Of a DNA stretch of 64,000 bases, positions 49,001 to 62,803 are shown piece by piece. The DNA is from Takakia lepidozioides (lineage: Eukaryota > Plantae > Bryophyta), in the NCBI GenBank assembly GCA_030704615.1, contig CM060734.1:18166001-18230000 (forward strand), in the 5' to 3' direction. Under the pieces are notes generated by a model. The model was given only the letters and a program-made list of their open reading frames with translations. It was not told the origin of the DNA and ran no database searches. Numbering within the stretch: the first letter of the stretch is position 1; each line of letters starts with the position of its first letter. The position numbers and the translations under genes are program-made.

Positions 49001-52000
49001 AAAATTTCTACAAAACCGTCACTCTACAGGTTCCCATATACATAGGAGAAACAGCTCCCCGGCGTCTTCGGGGTAGTCTGGGTGCCATGAATCAGGTACC
49101 TTCATACCACCATTTGATCTAGTACAAGTTTTGCTATGTTCATACATTTTGCGATGATTTTTTTTTAGGCTGCAGAGCAGTCGGTAAAGGATGTTGCCAT
49201 GACTTTATACTGACACCATGAGTCTTGATTGGTTTCATGACCAGCTTGCGACCACAATTGGCATTATGATGGCATATCTTTGTGGTCTTTTTGTCAACTG
49301 GCGTGTACTTGCAGCTTTTGGTAAGTGACTACTAGTCCAGCGATCTAGTCTTCCACATTCTGTAGGAAAACATTGGTGACTGAGATGTCTATTTGGAATA
49401 TGGGAGATCAATAGTCAATCACAGCGATTCTTATTAGATGGATTTTTCTCTTAGTTTACTGGGTGCCATACCAGAGCTTTACTTCTCCATGCAGGAGAGA
49501 GACCATGTTGTTTGATTGTCATGAGGGTATGGCTGAGTGGGGGTGCAGGAACCTTGCCCGAACTGGTGTTGGCACTTGGACTCTTTTTCATCCCTGAAAG
49601 TCCTCGCTGGCTGGTGAGTTCATGCAAGTCTTGGTTAATTGGTTCTTGCAACTGACCAGATGCAGAAAGAATGAAAGAATCATGCAGGAAATGAGGCACT
49701 GTGTGTACTTGGTTATTCGGATTTGTCCCAGTGAAGAAGCACTCACAAAAGAAATATGAAAGACATTATGCATTTTCTTGCATGGTTTGAAGAGCAAGTG
49801 CCCTGCTATATGCAGGCTAAAGTGGGTCAGAGAGAGGCAATGCGGTCTTCCTTGCAAAGCCTACGTGGTAAAGACTACGATATCTCCAATGAGATCAGGG
49901 ACATTCAGGTGTGTGCCCTTTCGTCTGAGGCTTCTGATGTGTGAAAAAGTCCCATACTCCTCTCCTCTATCATCAATGCCGTTATCTTGCTTCACTGCTT
50001 ATTCCAACTGCCTCTCCTCTACAGGACAGTTTTCTTTTTATTGCTGGCATTTGAGAATGTTATTATGTGACTCTCTTGAACAACTGAGGCACCCAGCCAT
50101 ATCCGGGATCTTTGCCACTCTTCAGATCTGCCACATCATAATAAAGTATTACTCGCTTTATTGGTGGTTGTACAGAGCTTTTATTCACGGCTGGGTGTCT
50201 ACTGATGTAAGCCAACAGTTGATTATGGAATCTGGTGCTGAGGTGTGGATTGATATGGTATTGTATAGGCTGCAGTGGATGCCTCGAGTGCACTTCCAAG
50301 CATGAAGTGGAGTGACCTAAAGGAGCGCAAACTCTATCGCCCTCTTCTTGTAAGTTATTGCCCAGTTTATTTTTGTGGAGTTATTCTGCTATGTCAGTGA
50401 GGTAAGGAAGGTGGGGAGTGTCAGTGGGTACTTTTGAATTGATAGAACCTTCAAAGGCTTAGCCCGTTCTCTGCTTGCACTAATCAGGAAATAATGCAAT
50501 GCATTCTTCTCGCCCAGCGTTTTGTCTGGTAAGGCAGACTCGAGCCATCGGGAGAGTTCTGAATAAAGCACACCCTCCAGTAGGATCAAGGGGCAATAGG
50601 CCCACCTTACTTTGAGTCAAAAAAGATATGCACACAGCAAATGTGGTCAGTTGATGCTCTAGTGCTTGAGGTTGTCAAATTAGAGTTAAGGAGATCCTGG
50701 TGGCTGGTGCTTGCTGCAGTATGTAAAGTTTGTACCTCCAATCTCCTTGCTTCTATTGGGTTCTCTCACCTCTGGATAGTTGTGGAACTAGGGAGCTGAT
50801 GATTTTAAGGATTTAGGGGAACTGGTTCAAGAACTGATGGACTAAGCTATGGCGTTGAAGGCTGGGATAGGCTTAATGGTCTTTCAACAATTTGGAGGAA
50901 TCAATGGTGTGATGCTCTACTCAAGTGCAATTTTTGGGTCAGCTGGTGAGTTTTTGCTTCTACCTTCTGCACTCATTTGTGTACCTGCTTTTTCTTTTTC
51001 AAATTCTAACCTTAGCTCGAAATGCATGGACCACCTGATGGAAGCAGTTTCTATGTTGTCATTTGCGTAAGTGCCTGAAACATGCCTTGCTCAGACACAA
51101 CAGGAATTCAACTGAAGGAGATGTTGACTCTGCTCATACACCATGCTTCTTTGAATATTTCAGGTATTTCTAATCCCAATGTGGCATCGCTGGCCTTAGG
51201 AGCACTGCAGGTACTATTCCAACTTCGCTGGTGACAGTGTCCTACTATTTCTCTGCGTCATGCGAAAGTGAGTGTAGGGTGGATGGCCATAAGGCTTCCC
51301 TGTGGAAAGCTTAACAAAAATTCACCCCATTCTATCTATCATTTCTCTCTACCATTTCATTTCATTTCTCTATCTCGCACCCTGGCTGGCAAATGTCCCC
51401 CTACAGCTTTCCAGGACGAATAGCCCACTCTGTTCTCATCCCTCTAACCCCTCTCCTCTCTTTTCTCACTCATCCTTATATAAGTGCACTGTGTTGCTGA
51501 GGCAGAAGGTTGGTTACTGAACAAGTTGTGACAGGTGGTGATGACTATCGCTGCAGCAGGATTGATGGACAAAGCCGGTCGACGCATTCTCCTCATGGTA
51601 AGTAACCTTTAAACATAGTGCCCGCCTAGGATTGCTACACACAGTGTTGGGCTTCTGAAACTTTGCTCTAAATGGTGGAAGCCTTTTCTTGTTTTATGTG
51701 TGATCAGTTCTGTAGGAAGCTGGTCCACGGATACCTTTACACTGGTTGATGGTTCTGGGTGGTCATGAAATGTGCGCAGGTGTCTGCAGGGGGGGTGGCC
51801 CTTAGCAGTTTTCTCGTGGGCTTCTCCTTCTACTTGCGAGTGAGTTTCTCTCCCTGTTGTCCATGTGCCCTGTGGCCTTATATTTTTATTCCAATCTTTT
51901 TCTCATGTCTTGTGTGCTATAGAGAACCAAGGCAGACTCTCATGTCTCTTTTGGAGACTCTTAGTCTGGCAGAAGCTTAGAGCTTTGAGGACCTGAACTG

Positions 52001-54125
52001 CCTACCTGCATGAGGGGCTTTGTCTTTGGGTGTCATTTGATGTTTTCTAAATTTGTGGTCTACTTTGTCCAATGGGCATTTGGGGGCCCCTGTGGATGAT
52101 ATGAAGTTTCTGTTGTCTTTCTATTGGGAGACATTCTTGGTCCTCCGTGACGATAGAATCTTGAGGCCCAATTACCTCTCTGCAGCTCTATCTCCCTCTC
52201 TTCTAAGGCCATTGGGAAGGTTTAAGGTGGGCTCCCACACTCTGCGGATAGGTGGGACAACCTGCAACATGAGACCATCCGTGCCCCACTTGCGCTGAAA
52301 ACAACAGGGAAATCGAAAGTGAAGAACATTTTTTTTTTCACACTCCTTTCTACTATGAGATCCGTGGGAGATTCTATTGTCTATTCTGAGATATCCAATC
52401 TCTCACAGTTTTCTTCCGAGGATCAGAAATGCTAAGCTGCACATCTGCACAAAGCATTGACTCTTAGACAAACCCTTGAGAAATAGTTGTTTTAGGGCTT
52501 CTTGTGGAGGGGCCCTCTCTCTTTCTTGTTCCATGCTTTCTCGTCCAATAAGCTCTTTTGACCTTTCTGTGGATGTCATAGAGTATCATTTCATTTTTTC
52601 TGGAGCCAACTGTTAAGTTTCTCCTCTATCCTGTCTTTCTCTCCATTCTGCCCAGAGAATTGTTCTTGCTATAATGTTTTGAAGTACATGTGTAATATTG
52701 ATGAGCCAAGTGTATTTGAAATCAACATCAAGGGAGTTAGCAACATCTGAAGAATATATATAGCTCACACTGGAGAAGTTGGCACAGTCTTGGGAATGTA
52801 ACGTTGGGGCTTTTGGTATATTTATCTGTCAGTGTCATAGCCCCACTTGATTTGAACTTGTCTTAACCTCTTTTGATCCTTCGGGTTGTGATTGAAAAAG
52901 GGTGGTAGGAAATGCTTAAAAATGGGGGACTTACTGTGGCTTGTTTTGATAATACAGAGTCTGGAAGATCCGAAGCATATGTCCGATGCCTTGAACACAT
53001 TCATCTGTATGCTTGCCCTGGTCAACCTGTTGGTAAGTTACATGCATCTGACATGATGTTGATACAAATCAGTAGTAAACTGTTCATAATAGCAATCTTT
53101 GTGCAACTCACCCTGTTCTATTAGTTGCCTGACAAAATCAAGCTTTTTTGTCAGCTCATTGATGAACTTATCTACATTGGAGCAAGAAAATGATTATGCA
53201 ACAGAACTGAAAGTTTGGGTTGTGAAGGTACAAGTCACTCTTGTATCCTGTAATGTAACCGACGATGTTGTCATTAACTGTTTGTTATTTCTGCAGGTCT
53301 ATATTGCATCATTCTCAGTGGGCATGGGTGCAATTCCATGGATCATTATGTCTGAGGTGTGCTCCCAGCATTTTCCAGCTTTTGTCAGGCTGGGTGTACC
53401 TCAACATCGTTGGGTTCAGAGCCTTATTAGTTCAGAATATGGATGGAAATGTGATACTTTTAGGGTCTGCAATGTTTGGTTACATGTACGTAGGTCAAAG
53501 GAATGTGCCCAATGTTGCTGCAATTGGGTAAAGATATCACCTTGGTGGCACGCAGATCTTTCCTGCTCATGTGAAGGGGGCTGCAGGGAGTGTTGCAACC
53601 CTCGTCAATTGGTTGTGCGCATATATTGTCACCATGGTTTTCAATTATCTGCTCCTTTGGAGCTCTGCAGGTAAGGACGAATGTGTTGGTCGAATTTGTA
53701 AGTATGTTATTGGTGAATTTTGAAAATATATGTGTTATTTGAGGGTTGGTTTAATCTTGTATCACTGCTTTTTAACTGTAGACAGGTTTCATATTTCCAC
53801 CGTTCATTGCACTGGTCACATGGACGGTAAATGGTGTATATAGGGCTTTTCACCTTTGTAGGGTCGTAGACGGCATTAGGAACAAGGGCATTTTGGAGGA
53901 CACTCTTCACTCTGCATTCTGTATAAGTTGATAAAAGGGATATGCAACTCAAGATTTTGAAGCACTTGTGACGATGTGAGGTCGGAAACTGAGAATGTTT
54001 GTCTGTGTACAGGATCTTTCTGGTTATTTTCAGCCATATCCTTAGGAACAGTAGGGTTCGTTATGTTTTACGTGCCAGAAACTCGAGGGCGGACATTAGA
54101 GCAGATTGAAGCTTCCTTCAGCTGA
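46065..54125 (+). CDS. ERD6-like MFS sugar transporter, 18 exons, apparently intact
   Basis: Spliced exons read [72 protein letters not shown]|IFP and [21 protein letters not shown] introns. N-terminal DLGKPLL dileucine-type motif. Confidence 0.95.
52030..52490 (+). mobile_element. Degenerate LINE 3' fragment in transporter intron 14
   Basis: [13 protein letters not shown] ... EEHFFF ... [12 protein letters not shown], typical of the C-terminal zinc-finger region of LINE ORF2. Confidence 0.6.
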
Positions 54126-55492
54126 GAGCAGGAGGATGGAACTGGGAGCCAGAAATCCTGCCACCAAGATCAGAATTGTGGGAGCACTGCGGATTGTATG
54201 GGATATCGGTAATCCCTGTCCTAACTGGCCCCCTATTGGTTAAGACCAGTTGTTACTGTTTTGAGACACTACCCACAGAGCGGTTCGTGTTTCTTTCAGC
54301 ATTTTTATCCACCCGTATTCTGCCCCACATACAGCAGTACCATGCAAAGCATTCCAAGTGCAGCCATCAATTGTAGTGCTGCGAATCACAAGTTGGGTGT
54401 GATATAATGTTTTGTACCTTTTGCCAGGGACAACTTGTGGTGCTCTTGCTGGTGTCCGAAGTAGACCACAAAGAGTTCAGATTGTATGAGGTTTCGAAAG
54501 GGAGATGCCCATTCTGCAGTCACCTTTCTCAGGATCATACATATGTTTAGTGTATAATCTCCAGAGGACTCAAAAAGCATAGACCTGTTATTCAACATTC
54601 AATTTTTCCTAGTTGGTAGTTAGAAGGAGAGATTATTGAAGTTCTAAGGTCGAAGCAGTTACACATGGTATATTGGACGAGTGAATGACACATGTTTCCA
54701 TCCACAGGACAATAAGAATTCTATAAATTTTGCCTCAGGAATACAATTCTCTTGAGGCATTTCTGAGTTTGTCAGACTCTACACCCATTGCAGAAGCCTC
54801 TTCTATTGATTGAGAAATTGTGACAAAGATAGGAGGGGGATGAGATTTTGAGGACCAAGTCCGTAGAGGGTAAGAAGGATGATCTACCATCGCTTGCACA
54901 CGAGAGATAAAAGAAGGCTAGAGAGAGAAAACTAGTTCTCAAATACTCGTGTGAATTACTCCTCATCTAGCACGTTGAAAAGAAGTTGTAATATGGTGTT
55001 GGAAGGTTGACACTAGCCCTAGATCACCTAGATTATGCACAGGTAATGCACAAACTTCCAATCATTGTGCTACTAGGAGGGTGGATATGCCTATTCCCAT
55101 GGAAATAAGCCTAGCTAACAAAGTCTCTGGACTGTGGCATAAAGGCATTTGCATCCTTATTCACTGCAAAAAAGAAATATAATTTCTGGATGAATTATGA
55201 ACTTAATGTGGACTGTGTCAATGCGTATGCACGTTAGCGAAGACTGAAGACTGCAAATGATAGTGCAGAATTTATGAGAAGTGCTCACCAAGAATTACGT
55301 GACAATCTAGCTTGTGGAGAATTTATAATATTGATGAAGGGTCCTTCCATATAGCATGTCCTTTAACGGTCACGACTCATAGACTTGCAGGTGAGCTACA
55401 TAATCTGTTCCAAGACACGACCTGTCATTTTAAGGCACCATCCAACACATACTATTTTTTGTTTTTTATTTTTTAAACAAAAGGGGAACAAA

Positions 55493-55860
55493 GGCTCTCA
55501 TTTTAAGATAATAGCATCTTCAATGCGCCTATGGGCCCCGCCAGTACAACCCATGGGGTCAGGTCAGCAGTGCCCATCCGCCGGAGGGTCCATTGGATAG
55601 TCTAGTATGTTATGGAGAGTTTGCTGGAGAGTCCACCGACTCTCCAGATCAGTCCGGTGGAACCAGAGTCCGCTGGAGAGGGTCCACTCTGCAGTCTAGT
55701 CCACTCTGCAGAGTCCGCTGGAGGGTCCACTCTACGTGCAGAGTGGACTGTGAGTCCACCTGTAGAGTCTGCTAGAGGGTCTGCCCAGTCCGGTGGAAGG
55801 TGAGTCCACATGTAGAGTCCGCTGGAGGGTCTGCCCACTCTGCTGGAAGGTCCGCCGCCG
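55493..55860 (+). mobile_element. Solo terminus of a relative of the 35924 MULE
   Basis: Starts GCTCTCATTTTAAGATAAT, followed by many AGTCC(A/G)C repeats like those in the MULE TIR. Confidence 0.6.
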
Positions 55861-56107
55861 TATGACTTAGGAAAATTTCAGAAAGAACCAGTATACAAAT
55901 ATATAATTAATAACACGCATGACCACCTGACAAGAATTGAACAATGAACCTCATGCTCATTAGGGTAGAGCACCCTATTATGGATGGCTACATTTTAAAT
56001 CTTTGTTACTTTAACATGTAGATGAGTTATAGAGTAAAAATTTAATCACATGTAAAAAAGTAAATTTTTTGTCAAAAATTTTTAATAAATATAATATAAA
56101 TTTTTGA

Positions 56108-56666
56108 AGAGAGAAGACTCCGGCCGAAGCCGGCGTAACTAAGAGCCACTTCGCCTTGCGGCTACTGCTCCCTGTCGGGGGTGGGCCCTATATAAAAGAT
56201 AGGTGACCGGTTGGTCACATAGTAACTAGGGTATGTGTGTTGTGGTGCTAGAAAGGAGAATGAGGGGGTATGGGGGGGGGGGGTGTGCCTTAGGGTTCCT
56301 AGGGTACTGATGTTGGATTGGACTCGAGTTTTCGTTTATTAACAATAATAGCTATGAGAGAACGGAGGGCTGTGAGGTGGATAGCTTGAAAACATTTGTG
56401 AATTGGGAAGATATGGATGTGAAAGTTGTTGTGCAATCATTAATGCTGGCGTTGTGTATGCCTCTCTAGTACCTGCCGTGATGACGGTTAGAAGACCGGT
56501 GCGCCATCCTCGCCGGCGGATAGCAAGGATGAGTGGGACGTATTTTTGCCGTTTTTCCAGGATAGAGTCTTGTGGGTATCGGTCGTGACAGTATGTGAAC
56601 TCGATGAAGTGGATGGTGAGTGATGGGGATGGTGTGGTAGGAGGTGAATTTTTGAAGATAATCAGT
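56108..56666 (-). mobile_element. 5'-truncated non-LTR retrotransposon with C-terminal restriction-like endonuclease (Dualen/RandI-like)
   Basis: Minus strand TIHFIEFTYCHDRYPQDSILEKRQKYVPLILAIRRRGWRTGLLTVITAGTR, a frameshift, then IHLTALRSLIAIIVNKRKLE. Structured 3' UTR and (TC)n tail. Confidence 0.75.
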
Positions 56667-57599
56667 AGACTGTCCTACATTAAACCTACAAAAGCTATAG
56701 TTTGGTTCTAAAAAATATCTACTTTAAAGTAATCCAAAGCCCATAGGAGTTTTTTTGTACCATGGTTAGGAGTTCCATGATTCAAGTCAAAGTCAGTAAT
56801 ATTTGGGTGAGAAATAATACACAAAAATAATAGTATGTGTTTATAGAACAAACTGGCAGGGTTTGAGTAAAGGAGGGAAACGTAGTGCAAGATAGCCTTG
56901 GACCAATCCTGATTTCACTTTATTATGACCTATTCCGTATCCTATTTAGGAGTCTTTGCACACCCTCGGGGCGGTGCCTGTTGTAAGGTTTAGAACCAAT
57001 TCTGAATTTGAGATGTCTTTGTTCGTAACAGGCTCTGAGCAACACGTCGCATGGATGGTAATGATTTCTTTAGATGATAAAATGCATTCTTGAGAATGTC
57101 ATCCAGAAATCCTTTTATTGATAATGTTTTCATCCATTTATGACACTTACGAGCCAGGTTATTGAGAACTTAGAGAACCCTATGGTTCCCGTGTTCTATA
57201 GAGCTCCATATCAAGACAACCCCACACCATGACCAGACCAGCTCACCATATCAGGGCAGCCTACCCTATTCGTTGCTCTTAACCACCACACTACCCGCCG
57301 CTTTCTGCAAACCTTGGAAATAACTAATGTATTATGTGCATTACCAAAACCTGCCTACAGGTCCCCTCTTGGTTGGGACCTACCGCAGCAAACTTGCTTG
57401 CCCGGTAGACCCAGCAGCAAACCTGCTTCCCAGGCAGACCCAACATCATACCGAGCCGCAGTGAGGAAGGGGCGCTCCCACCCTTCACCACCCCCTCTGC
57501 TACACGTGGGCCCTGCCACAGGCACATTCGTGCGCATTGAAGACGCTATTATCTTTCAATCAGAAGCGGAACAGAGGCCCTATTACTCAAATTAAATAA

Positions 57600-57682
57600 A
57601 GGACGGGAAAAAATAACCCATTACAAACAAGCCGTGAAACGTATTATGGGGATACCACCCCATCGCCAAAAAACTAAGGAAT

Positions 57683-57714
<32 letters not shown>

Positions 57715-58583
57715 AGGGGGGGGGAGGAAGAGGGGCCAGCAGAGGGCAACTGGCCAAAGAGTAGGATGAAGGCTAACAGAGAGGGGGGATGGGGCGAGCA
57801 CCCAAGCTAAGGGGTTGGCGAGAACACTATCACCCACAGGAGGATAACTAAATACAGAAACTAAAAATCTAGATGAGTCTTAATGCGAGCTACACGTTCC
57901 TTCCGGTGACGACAATTGACATCCAAATCATCAGACTCAGGAAGGGGGCTTCCATTCTTCGGGGAGCTGATCATTCCAGGAGACTCGAGAGTCCGAGATG
58001 TGGGAGCAGAGAATGCCATTCTTGGCCCATGAGAGGTCAAAAGTTTGAAGCAGCTTTGACCTTCTCCAAGATGAGCACCTACAAGCAGCTGCCAACAAAG
58101 AAATCCAAGCTTTCCTTCCCTCAGTCATTAGATCTGAATATAGGGGAAAAATAATCAGACTGATATTGGGGTGCTTCCCCTCAAACAGAAGAGCACACCT
58201 AGCCTTCCAAATTTGCCAAAGAGAATGTGATCTAAGACAAGACCACATAGAGCAGGAAGGGACATTCTGCGAGGAATCCAAATTAAGCAAAAGGAAAGAG
58301 AAAGAGAGAGGGGGAAGAGGGAGCCAATTGGCATAGAACCGAGAGATCAACCTCCAGACTGTACTGTCAAGTGGGCATAGCACAAGGCAATGCTCAATCG
58401 ACCAGAATGGACAGGGCTCCCGAATGAGATTACGAGGAGATCCCACAGGAAGAATTCGATCAACCAATTTCCAAAGGAACGCGCTGACCTTGGCAGCCCT
58501 GTCCTTGTGCCAGATTTCCTTTGGACAAAGCTTTTTCCACACCGAGAGAGCAAGGCCAATGTTCCATTTTTTGTTCCATACTA
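57600..58583 (-). mobile_element. L1/Tx1-type LINE 3' end (zf-RVT)
   Basis: KVSAFLWKLVDRILPVG...CPF.SIEHCLVLCP...LWQIWKARCALLFEG. Confidence 0.85.
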
Positions 58584-58585
58584 AT

Positions 58586-58776
58586 AACACCACCTATTTC
58601 TATTATGGTGCCACATGCCATTTAGGACTTAAGTGCATTAAAAATACATGTTATATAAACACGACCTATTTCTATTATGGTGCCGCATGCCATTTAGAAC
58701 TTAGGTGCATTAAAAATACATGGTATGTAAACACCACCTATTTCTATTATGGTGCCACATGCCATTTGGAACTTAA
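58586..58776 (+). repeat. ~72-bp tandem repeat, 3 copies; the third is interrupted at its TTAA
   Basis: AACAC(C/G)ACCTATTTCTATTATGGTGCC... The unit resumes at 60104 (TTAAGTGCCATAAAAACACATG). Confidence 0.9.
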
Positions 58777-60103
58777 CCCCTAAAGGCTAGAGCTTTTTCC
58801 ACCTTAACTGCAAAATTTGCACCCATGGCCACCTTCTTATTCCTTACTAAGATTGTACTAAGATCTACACAACTTGACCATTCAATCATGTTCGTAAATA
58901 TATCGCTTACCTCCACCTCTAATTTCATTAAGAATTAGAATCTTATAACCATTTGTGAGCATGAAAATTTTTGCAACTTTTGTAAAATAGAAAAATAAAA
59001 TATCACAAGTCTTATCAAAATTCCTCGATTGCTAATTCAATTGAACCCAATTTCTATAAGAATATATCTCATGATGTTGGGGCATCTTCTCCTAAATTTT
59101 TAGAATTTTGGACAAGATTTGTGTATACCTACAAAGTGATCCAAAAGGGAGTCAATACATTGCATTTTCAGCACTTTGCCACCTGTTTTTATTTAAGACA
59201 AATCTGGGTTTGTTGTTTAAAACATGGAACGGTCTCAAGGTTTTCAATCAAGTGGGAAAGGTCCTCACAAATTTTTGATTGAGTCCATCCATGTAATCCT
59301 CCTCAGATGGGGTTTGCACTGACCCCGTTGTTTTTTAAGGCTTATATGCCACCCCATGTGCCACCCTATGCCATGCAATAAACCCCAATCCACTTTGTCC
59401 TTCCCGTGCTCATCTCTCTCACCTACCAAACAGCCATTTGCATCGGAGTAGACACTTTGGTACAGCAGAGCTTCCTGCAAAGGGTGCATGTTACACCTTT
59501 GGATTTTGTCGAGAATCCATCGAGAACTTTGTGTTGAAGTGAAAATTGCATGTAAAAACTGATTTGACCACCAAATTCGAGTATCGAGTTGATTTTTCCT
59601 AGATACAGGCCCTCCAAAAGCTGATTATATGGTACTTAAATGAATGTCTCCCCCAAAAATCAGGCCGAAATTCCAAAAATTGAGATAGATTGCTATGTAT
59701 GAGAAATTTGGGGGATACATTGTCATCTTTTGGCTTCCTTCTCAGATACACTCATGAGGTAATTATTTGCTTTCTAATTCCTTTGGTAAGTTCGTGCACA
59801 TTCACATTACATAGTGCCCTGTCTAGAAATTTAGGCATTATGATAAATTTTGAGCCCTAGATGTCATTTACAAGATTGCTTATTTGGCCTGCCACGTGGG
59901 CAGGTCAATGGTGCGCCCTACACTTTGTAAAATTCTAGAGAGCGGAGCTTTAATTATTTTAGGGTGATGTAAATTCCCACATGTGCTCTTCCTAATGTGC
60001 AACATTTACCTTTAGGGTACATTTCCATCCACTGTCATCCACAAAGACTACATGTGGATGAAATCTGAAACGGGTTGATTTGGGTCGTCTTGTCCTCTAG
60101 GGG
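58777..60103. mobile_element. Non-autonomous piggyBac-like element
   Basis: TTAA TSD (58773-58776 / 60104-60107) and termini CCCCTAAAGG / CCTCTAGGGG. The empty site is reconstructable from the flanking tandem repeat. Confidence 0.8.
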
Positions 60104-60317
60104 TTAAGTGCCATAAAAACACATGTTGTGTAACTGTAATAGGTGGGGTTTTATAAGGTAATGGGAATGGGCATATCCACCCTATGCTGCTTCTTTTTGG
60201 AGACTTGCTAATAGAATGCTCCCATTGGCAGATTCTCTCATTGACAACACTTTTCTTTTGCTCTGTTTAAGGTTTGTATTGTATGATGGGTATTGCTGAA
60301 TGAATAGAGCATTGCTT

Positions 60318-60570
60318 AGAGATAAAGATAAAGATAAAGTTTCTTTAACGGACTGTAACTACGAGCCATTTCACCTTGTGGCTAGCGTCTTCGAAATGGG
60401 GTGGGTGCTATGGGTTGGAGGGGTTTGACTGTCTTCTAGTTTGTGTTTATGAGTAATGATAATGGTGAGGGATTTGATAGCTACCAGGTGTATGACTAAA
60501 ACATATGGTTCTTGCTACTTTAGAGAGTTGGAGATTATTGTGGAGGGGTTTGAGGCTATGTGGATCTATG
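60318..60570 (-). mobile_element. Second RLE-type LINE 3' end, with (TTTATC)n tail
   Basis: Minus strand VIHLVAIKSLTIIITHKHKLEDS. The 3' UTR motif GTAACTACGAGCCATTTCACCTTGTGGCTA is shared with 56108 and 34972. Confidence 0.65.
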
Positions 60571-61647
60571 CCACCTCTCACTACCAGCGTAGCTACGGCG
60601 TGAGCCCAGCCCTGTGAGCCTGGGAGCTGAGCTCACGTTGTAGCTGCAAAGCGTGAGCTGAGCTCACACTTCAGGGAAGCGTGAGCGGCACAAATCTGCT
60701 GGCACAGCTTATCACAGTCTGTCACAGTCAGTCGCAGTCTATCACAGTCTATCACAGCACGACACAGCCTGACACAACTTTACACAGCCAGTCATAGCCC
60801 GACACAGTTCCACACAGCCAGTCACAGCCGACACAGCCAGTCACAGCTCGGCACAGTCACAGCATGGCACAGCCCGTCACAACGTACATAGGGAACGGTT
60901 ACCATGGCAGGGAACGTCTGTGTGGGAATGACATCTACAGAGGGAACATGCATTCTGTCTTGAGATGACAGTTAGTTAGTTAGACGGTTGGAACAGCTTG
61001 CAGGTAGATTAGGCAAAGTAGCAACTTGGAGAGGACACTTCTCGGAGAGCACTTCTTGGTCATCAGGAGAGGAGATCAGGGGAGAGCATGTCTGGAGCAG
61101 GAAGGAAGGACATGGTGAAGGAGGAGAGACAATATGTTGATGCTATTACATGCAAGCTATAGAGATATACTGTAGAGCAAGCTAGGGACACCATGGCTTT
61201 GGCCTGATACATGTTAAATCTTAATTTGATACTTATTCGATACAATCACAGTGTGTAGAGAGACTTGAGTGAAGCTGTGGAATGAATGGATGAGTGAATG
61301 AAATCCGATAGATACTGAAGCAATCTGATGCTTAAGTATACACAGTAAGGTAATTTGCTAACATGAAGGCAAGAAGAAATATAAACAGGAAGCACAACCA
61401 TGATACACTAGTTGTAGGTCATGACTGATTGTTCTGAGCGGGCTGAGTGCTTAGAGATATCCAACTCTTCTATCTTGGAGTTCCTACCTCGGATAGCGAA
61501 GGGATGGGTGAGTAAAAGCCGCTTGATAGGGATCCCAGCAACTGCCCAAACAAGCATCTCACCCCGTGGGACTTCTCACCCAAGTCATGGGATATTTTCA
61601 TATTCCTGCAGGATTGGATAGACCACTCTCAGCAGAGGAGGGTCTAC

Positions 61648-62511
61648 ATGTCCGCTCTTGAGTACCTTCCTGGCTTCCACAATCAGCCTCGCGGGGACGG
61701 GCTTGCGCGGCTTTGGTGCCTGCGAATCGTTGATCTGCAGTATCCGCCTGCATGGAACATCCCCAAAAGCCGCACGGCCTTCCTGTATCATTGGAGGTGC
61801 TGCCAGTGGGCCTACGAGGATTGCATCGGGTGTACGTACATGCCAGAGAGGATTCCATCGCAAACAGTGTATGGGGACATTCTCATAAGCTATGAGAATG
61901 AGTCCTATGGACATAGAGTATCCACAGCAAAGATCTCAATTTACGATGGTGCATATATTGGAGGACATGACACCGTTGTCCACTACACCAAAGGAGAGCA
62001 GGCTGCATCCATTGTCTTCACCTACCGACACCCTGTCAGTCATGAGCTTGTTGAGAGGCCAATCGAGGTTCCAGCTTCTTGGTGAGAACAGTGCAACACG
62101 GGAGCAAATTCCCAACTTACCTGAGCATGGATGGCATGCATACTTTTGGCTTCCCTCAGCTTGTGAGGGCATGCATACTTGTCACAATTCATTTTTAATA
62201 AAAATGTCTCATTTGAACCAAAGTTCCACTTTTGTACAATGTTGCATTTTGTTGAATGTTGATTTTTGGCTGCGAGGGTCTGGCACTCAGTCTTGCAATC
62301 AGACCCACTGGAATGCCACCTCTGTCAATTCCCTCTGTCCATGGGGAAGGTGCTTGCACGCTCGCCCCCCACGCTTCTTGTCAGACGCCGTAATTACTGG
62401 TTTGCGCAGCACATCTGCACAGGTCTGCAGCCTTCTGACTGCATACCGTTGGCAGTTATTGCGCAAAGGCCAGGGGCCGCATTCCGGAGACAAGGTTCAA
62501 TAACACTCTGA
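61648..62511 (+). CDS. Unknown two-exon gene in the transposon
   Basis: 145-aa ORF 61648-62085 (GT donor at SW|gtgag) and ORF 62266-62511 with ECHLC and HIC residues. Confidence 0.4.
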
Positions 62512-62803
62512 TAGTGGATTTTTGCGAGAGTGGGCTCCCCGGATTCGTGAATAGGCTTCGTCGCTCGGAAAGATCGGCCCTGCATTCCTTTCCCTCGCTG
62601 CATCCCCCCTTCTCCCAGGGCGCTTGCACGAACGCCGTCCTGGCAGTCTTGTGTACACATCTCCCATGGCAGAAAACTTGAGCGTTATAGTGTACTGCCC
62701 TCCTCACGAGCATAGAGCTACATTTCCATGCAGAGGGGAGATCTATCGGGTGATGGAGAATTAATATATCTGCATTCGATACCGCCTGGCGGGGTCGGTA
62801 TTT

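Noticed and set aside
60579-60583. CACTA (En/Spm) terminus
   Set aside because: The CACTA word lies a few bases inside the apparent end and the encoded protein does not look like TnpD/Tnp2. It cannot be fully excluded without the other end.
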